Virus record (IMG/VR): IMGVR_UViG_3300044475_000055
Location: 1 to 29,366 of that record
Reading direction: 5' to 3' (one strand)
Length of the DNA: 29,366 bases
From: a virus
Taxonomy: Duplodnaviria; Caudoviricetes
Made by a program: the position numbers and the translations under genes
Shown: positions 26,191 to 29,366 of the stretch, piece by piece
How positions within the stretch are numbered: the first letter of the stretch is position 1
Layout: every line of letters starts with the position of its first letter
The notes under the pieces: generated by a model
Seen by the model: the letters and a program-made list of their open reading frames with translations, nothing else
Told to the model about the DNA's origin: nothing
Databases searched by the model: none

Positions 26191-27768
26191 TTACTCCTGG
26201 CCGTGCTTGGGAGGCTGCACGGTCTCGCCCGTGTTCTCCGTCTGCTTCTGTTGTTCGGTCTTCTGGGCCTGCGCATCGTGGGTCTTCTGCGCCCCCGACG
26301 TGAGAACCAACGGTTTGTCCATCCACGGCTCGTAGCCCTTCTCGCCCTTCTTCGGGTACTGCGGCAGTTCCGTTTGCAACAGCGTGTTGGCGACTTGCTG
26401 CGCAGAGGCCGGAGTGATAGCGCCCATGATGTTCAGAGCTGTGAGCGTCTTGATGACCATCTCAGGCGACGTGATCGACGGGGTGCGCGAGGTCAGCTTG
26501 GCGGTGGTCAGTTGGAGACCGTTGATGCCGTTGACCAAGAGCCGGTTGAGCATGCCGTCCAGCAGAGAACGCTCCGGCGAGAACACCTGTGATTCGGCCA
26601 CGAAGACCGAGGTGGTGGCCGTAGCGAAGTTCACGTCCTGCGAAAGACCGACGACGACCGGAGGTAGACGGAAGCTGGAGCGCACCTTCGCCATGTTGCC
26701 TTCGTCGTACGCCTTGAACAGACCGTCCGACTGACGCTGATCCGACAGCTTCTCCACCTTCAGGTCGATGTTGCCGGACTTGCCGTCCAGTGAGTCGCCT
26801 TCGCCGATGGCTTCGAGCAGAAGAATCTTATGTTGCCGTTCCTTGCCGATACCTTCCGAGTTGAGCTGGTTGCTCAGTTCTTGGTAGGACTGCGCAGACA
26901 GTCGGCCGTTACCGATCATGAGCAGCATCGGCGGGACGGTGTTGTCCTGGAAGTAGCGCATGTTCACTTCTTCCGCCTCGCGCGATCCGATGATCGACGG
27001 GATTTGGTTGATCCAACGCGGGACGCCGTAAGCCTCGACGCTGGGCAGCTTGAAGTGAACGATCTCGGTGGCGAGGTCGCCGTCTTTGTAGCCCGCCTCG
27101 CCCTCAAACATGCCGGTACTGCCGTTCATCTTGCGGGGGTCGCCGAACTCCTTGAACCAGCGTGTCTCGCCAGCGGCGATCTGGATGAAACGACGGAAGC
27201 GCTTGAACTCGGTCACGCTAGTGACTCGACGACCACGGGTGATGGTGTACGTGACTTCTACCGCCTGGGGGTGCTTCACAGCGAGCCGGGTGTAGACCGC
27301 CGATGCGTGACGGAGCAAAGAGATACGGCCGAGTCGGTCACGGATGACTTCCATGAAACCGAAGCCGGCCGTCTCACGGTCGCGGATAACCTCGGACAAG
27401 ATTTCGACCAGCGACTGATCCACGTTCGGATTGTCGATGAAAGATTGCAGCTCGAAGCTCTCGCCTTCGTTCGCCTCCCGGTCGCGATAGAGCTTGTCTA
27501 CCTCCCAGCCGGTGAGGACGATGTTCGTCACGTAGGCGTCGATGCACTGAGCAAGCATGTTGCTTTGCTCGCGCAGTTCGTAGAGGCGGGCGACGTTGTA
27601 CGGGGTCGGCAGGACAAGGGCGCCGTTCGTGGAAAGGACGTAGCCGGTGAACTCGTCGATTGCGCGAACTTGCTTGCTGGTGTTGCCGTCTTCGCGCTTG
27701 ATGCCAAAGACCGTCGCCCGCGCTGCGCCAGGACGACGACCGCGAACTACCACGGTTTTCTTTTTCAT
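26191..27768 (-). CDS. Portal protein (PBSX/XkdE-like)
   Basis: EIVHFK...YGVPRW, YFQDNTVP and FRLPPVVVG...NFATA motifs; ATGA-coupled to the upstream gene. Confidence 0.92.
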   Translation of the reverse strand: MKKKTVVVRGRRPGAARATVFGIKREDGNTSKQVRAIDEFTGYVLSTNGALVLPTPYNVARLYELREQSNMLAQCIDAYVTNIVLTGWEVDKLYRDREANEGESFELQSFIDNPNVDQSLVEILSEVIRDRETAGFGFMEVIRDRLGRISLLRHASAVYTRLAVKHPQAVEVTYTITRGRRVTSVTEFKRFRRFIQIAAGETRWFKEFGDPRKMNGSTGMFEGEAGYKDGDLATEIVHFKLPSVEAYGVPRWINQIPSIIGSREAEEVNMRYFQDNTVPPMLLMIGNGRLSAQSYQELSNQLNSEGIGKERQHKILLLEAIGEGDSLDGKSGNIDLKVEKLSDQRQSDGLFKAYDEGNMAKVRSSFRLPPVVVGLSQDVNFATATTSVFVAESQVFSPERSLLDGMLNRLLVNGINGLQLTTAKLTSRTPSITSPEMVIKTLTALNIMGAITPASAQQVANTLLQTELPQYPKKGEKGYEPWMDKPLVLTSGAQKTHDAQAQKTEQQKQTENTGETVQPPKHGQE

Positions 27769-28142
27769 TGTGCTGGTACCTTCCGGTTGTAGATGTAGCC
27801 CCGCACACGGAGCCACTCGTTCAGGTCAATCGTTCCGCCGTGGGCTGCGTCCGCTTCGATGGTGAGGCTGCAAATCCAGCTTGTGTGGTTCTTGGCGTGA
27901 ACCTTGATGACGCCTCGCCTATTGCGGGACAGCGCACGTACCTGACGACGGATTGCGCCCGCGTCGGTGTCATCCGCCATGTTCACCGCGTTAGGGGTAT
28001 CCACGCCGAACAAACGAATGCGCTGTTTTTTCCACAACTGCTCAATCTTCAGGTCAACCATGGCGACCAAATCGTCGCCAGAAAACACGTCCAAGATTAG
28101 GCAGCTATACGTCTCAAGGTCGTCTTTACGCTCGTCCGACAT
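27765..28142 (-). CDS. Thermonuclease (SNase)-like protein, probably catalytically degenerate
   Basis: VFSGDD...VDL...RIRLFGVDTP...DLNEWLRVRGY matches the SNase pattern; GGAG RBS. Confidence 0.75.
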   Translation of the reverse strand: MSDERKDDLETYSCLILDVFSGDDLVAMVDLKIEQLWKKQRIRLFGVDTPNAVNMADDTDAGAIRRQVRALSRNRRGVIKVHAKNHTSWICSLTIEADAAHGGTIDLNEWLRVRGYIYNRKVPAQ

Positions 28143-28197
28143 CTCGTTCTCCACAGTTCGCAGAATGATACCCGAGGAGGGCACAAATCTCGGGCGC

Positions 28198-28224
28198 AAA
28201 AAAGGCCGACATCGCTGCCGGCCT
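28198..28224 (-). terminator. Intrinsic terminator after the recombinase gene
   Basis: AGGCCG...CGGCCT stem plus T6 on the minus strand. Confidence 0.7.
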
Positions 28225-28238
28225 GTGTTGAGGTCATT

Positions 28239-28254
28239 TTGAAATTGATTTCAA
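28239..28254. repeat. 16-bp palindromic motif TTGAAATTGATTTCAA
   Basis: Exact copy; supplies the TGA stop of the recombinase. Confidence 0.95.
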
Positions 28255-29213
28255 ACTACTACCCGTTTCCAGTCTGTAGCTGTGAGACCTCTGTCGTCTA
28301 GATACACCGCAGTCATTTCCGCGTGTTTGTGTCCCAACAACGTCTGCACTACTTCTGGCGACATACCTTCTGCTATGTAGGTCCGCGCCGATAGGCTGCG
28401 AACTTCATGGAGACTAGGCCACTCATATTGTTTGTAGGCGTCTGGCGGAACTACAGCAACTATTTGCTCTCTGAATCTCGCACTTAGCGATGACATCTCA
28501 ATCGCCCCGCCATTGGCCTTTCGCAAGAGAGTCGGACCATCCGCAGCAATATCCCTACAGTATTCAATTACGTCTTTCAGACTCATGTCTGTCGCCTCTA
28601 GGCGCAACGTCAACGGTATAGCTACCCGCGCTCCTACTAGCTTCCTGGCCTTTTTCTGCTGCTCTACTCGTAGGTGCCCATCGACTACGTCAGAGAACTT
28701 CATCTTGACTAGGTCCGCCCGCCTCTGACCAGTGGCTAACGCCAGCAATAGCATCGCAGGTACCCATAGCTGAGGCCCCGCGTAAGCCGTAGCAAACATT
28801 CGCTGCCATACATCCAGCGTTAGTCGCTTTCGTAGCCCAGGTGCTTTTGGTGCTTTTACGTGAGCCGCTGGGCTTGTCTCGGCCACGCCGTTAGCTATGG
28901 CCTCTGCATACACATCCCGTAGCTCGCCCAAGACTCGGACGGCTGTATGCGGTGTGAAGAGTTTTAACTTGCTAGCTACTTCGTGTGGTCGCAGCGCACG
29001 CAATGGGCTGATGCCCCAGTTAAATTCAATGTGCTTGATTGCTGCCGCGCGATTCTTCAACGTCTGATCTTTGTACCCTCGCTCACTGATGGCCTTCCGG
29101 TACGTCACCAACCACTCTGCCATCGTCGGCCCGGCGTCAACTTCGTTGCTGTTCGCTAACGTGAGACTCTTCAGGGCTTCTTCTAGAAGTCTCTTTAGTT
29201 CTTTCTTTTTCAT
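28251..29213 (-). CDS. int: Tyrosine recombinase, lambda-Int-like (core-binding plus catalytic domains)
   Basis: TGQRRADL (R), QQK (K), HEVRSLSAR (HxxR) and LLGHK..EMT..Y.DDRG..W, closely paralleling the lambda Int C-terminus. Confidence 0.92.
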   Translation of the reverse strand: MKKKELKRLLEEALKSLTLANSNEVDAGPTMAEWLVTYRKAISERGYKDQTLKNRAAAIKHIEFNWGISPLRALRPHEVASKLKLFTPHTAVRVLGELRDVYAEAIANGVAETSPAAHVKAPKAPGLRKRLTLDVWQRMFATAYAGPQLWVPAMLLLALATGQRRADLVKMKFSDVVDGHLRVEQQKKARKLVGARVAIPLTLRLEATDMSLKDVIEYCRDIAADGPTLLRKANGGAIEMSSLSARFREQIVAVVPPDAYKQYEWPSLHEVRSLSARTYIAEGMSPEVVQTLLGHKHAEMTAVYLDDRGLTATDWKRVVV

Positions 29214-29301
29214 ACCGTTCCTGGGTAGTTCTGGATCGAACTCTAAGAACGCGGCACGAAATTACTAACCCCGTATCTGCGCGCCCGCAAACGAGGGGTG
29301 C

Positions 29302-29331
29302 AAAAGAAAAAGCCCGCACTAGGCGGGCTTT
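29302..29331 (-). terminator. Intrinsic terminator upstream of the recombinase gene
   Basis: AAAGCCCGC-ACTAG-GCGGGCTTT hairpin with a T-rich tract on the minus strand. Confidence 0.8.
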
Positions 29332-29366
29332 ATAGATTCCGGTACCTACCGGCAGGGGGTGGGAAT

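Noticed and set aside
1992-28254. 16-bp motif as a CRISPR repeat (ends resemble ATTGAAA/TTTCAA)
   Set aside because: Copies are kilobases apart, in both orientations and inside genes. There is no repeat-spacer periodicity and no cas genes.
28239-28254. 16-bp motif as a classical tyrosine-recombinase crossover site or sigma70 promoter
   Set aside because: Crossover sites normally have 6-8 bp spacers between arms, against 2 bp here, and recombination between intragenic copies would destroy essential genes. TTGAAA resembles a -35 box, but I found no properly spaced -10 at the copies I checked (1992 and 28239).

Overview
This window is a high-GC (roughly 60-65% by eye) tailed-phage or prophage morphogenesis region, and essentially all real genes are on the minus strand. 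Read right to left it holds: a lambda-Int-like tyrosine recombinase, a degenerate thermonuclease (SNase)-like protein, portal, XkdF-like prohead protease, a large scaffold-like protein, major capsid, head-tail joining genes, major tail protein, a tail chaperone with a -1 frameshift, a 1713-aa tape measure, and lambda-like tail-tip genes (M, L, split K, I, and a ~2300-aa J). These are followed by small tail-tip accessory genes, a lipoprotein, three membrane/holin-like genes, a GIY-YIG nuclease and a partial CxxC protein. The most striking unexplained signal is an AT-rich 16-bp imperfect palindrome, TTGAAAT(TG/CA)ATTTCAA. It occurs as 9 exact, 1 single-mismatch and 2 degenerate copies, about every 2.5 kb across the window. 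It is written into genes in several reading frames, and onto stop and start codons, which points to a dispersed DNA-level binding-site system. All family assignments come from recalled motifs and synteny; no searches were run.
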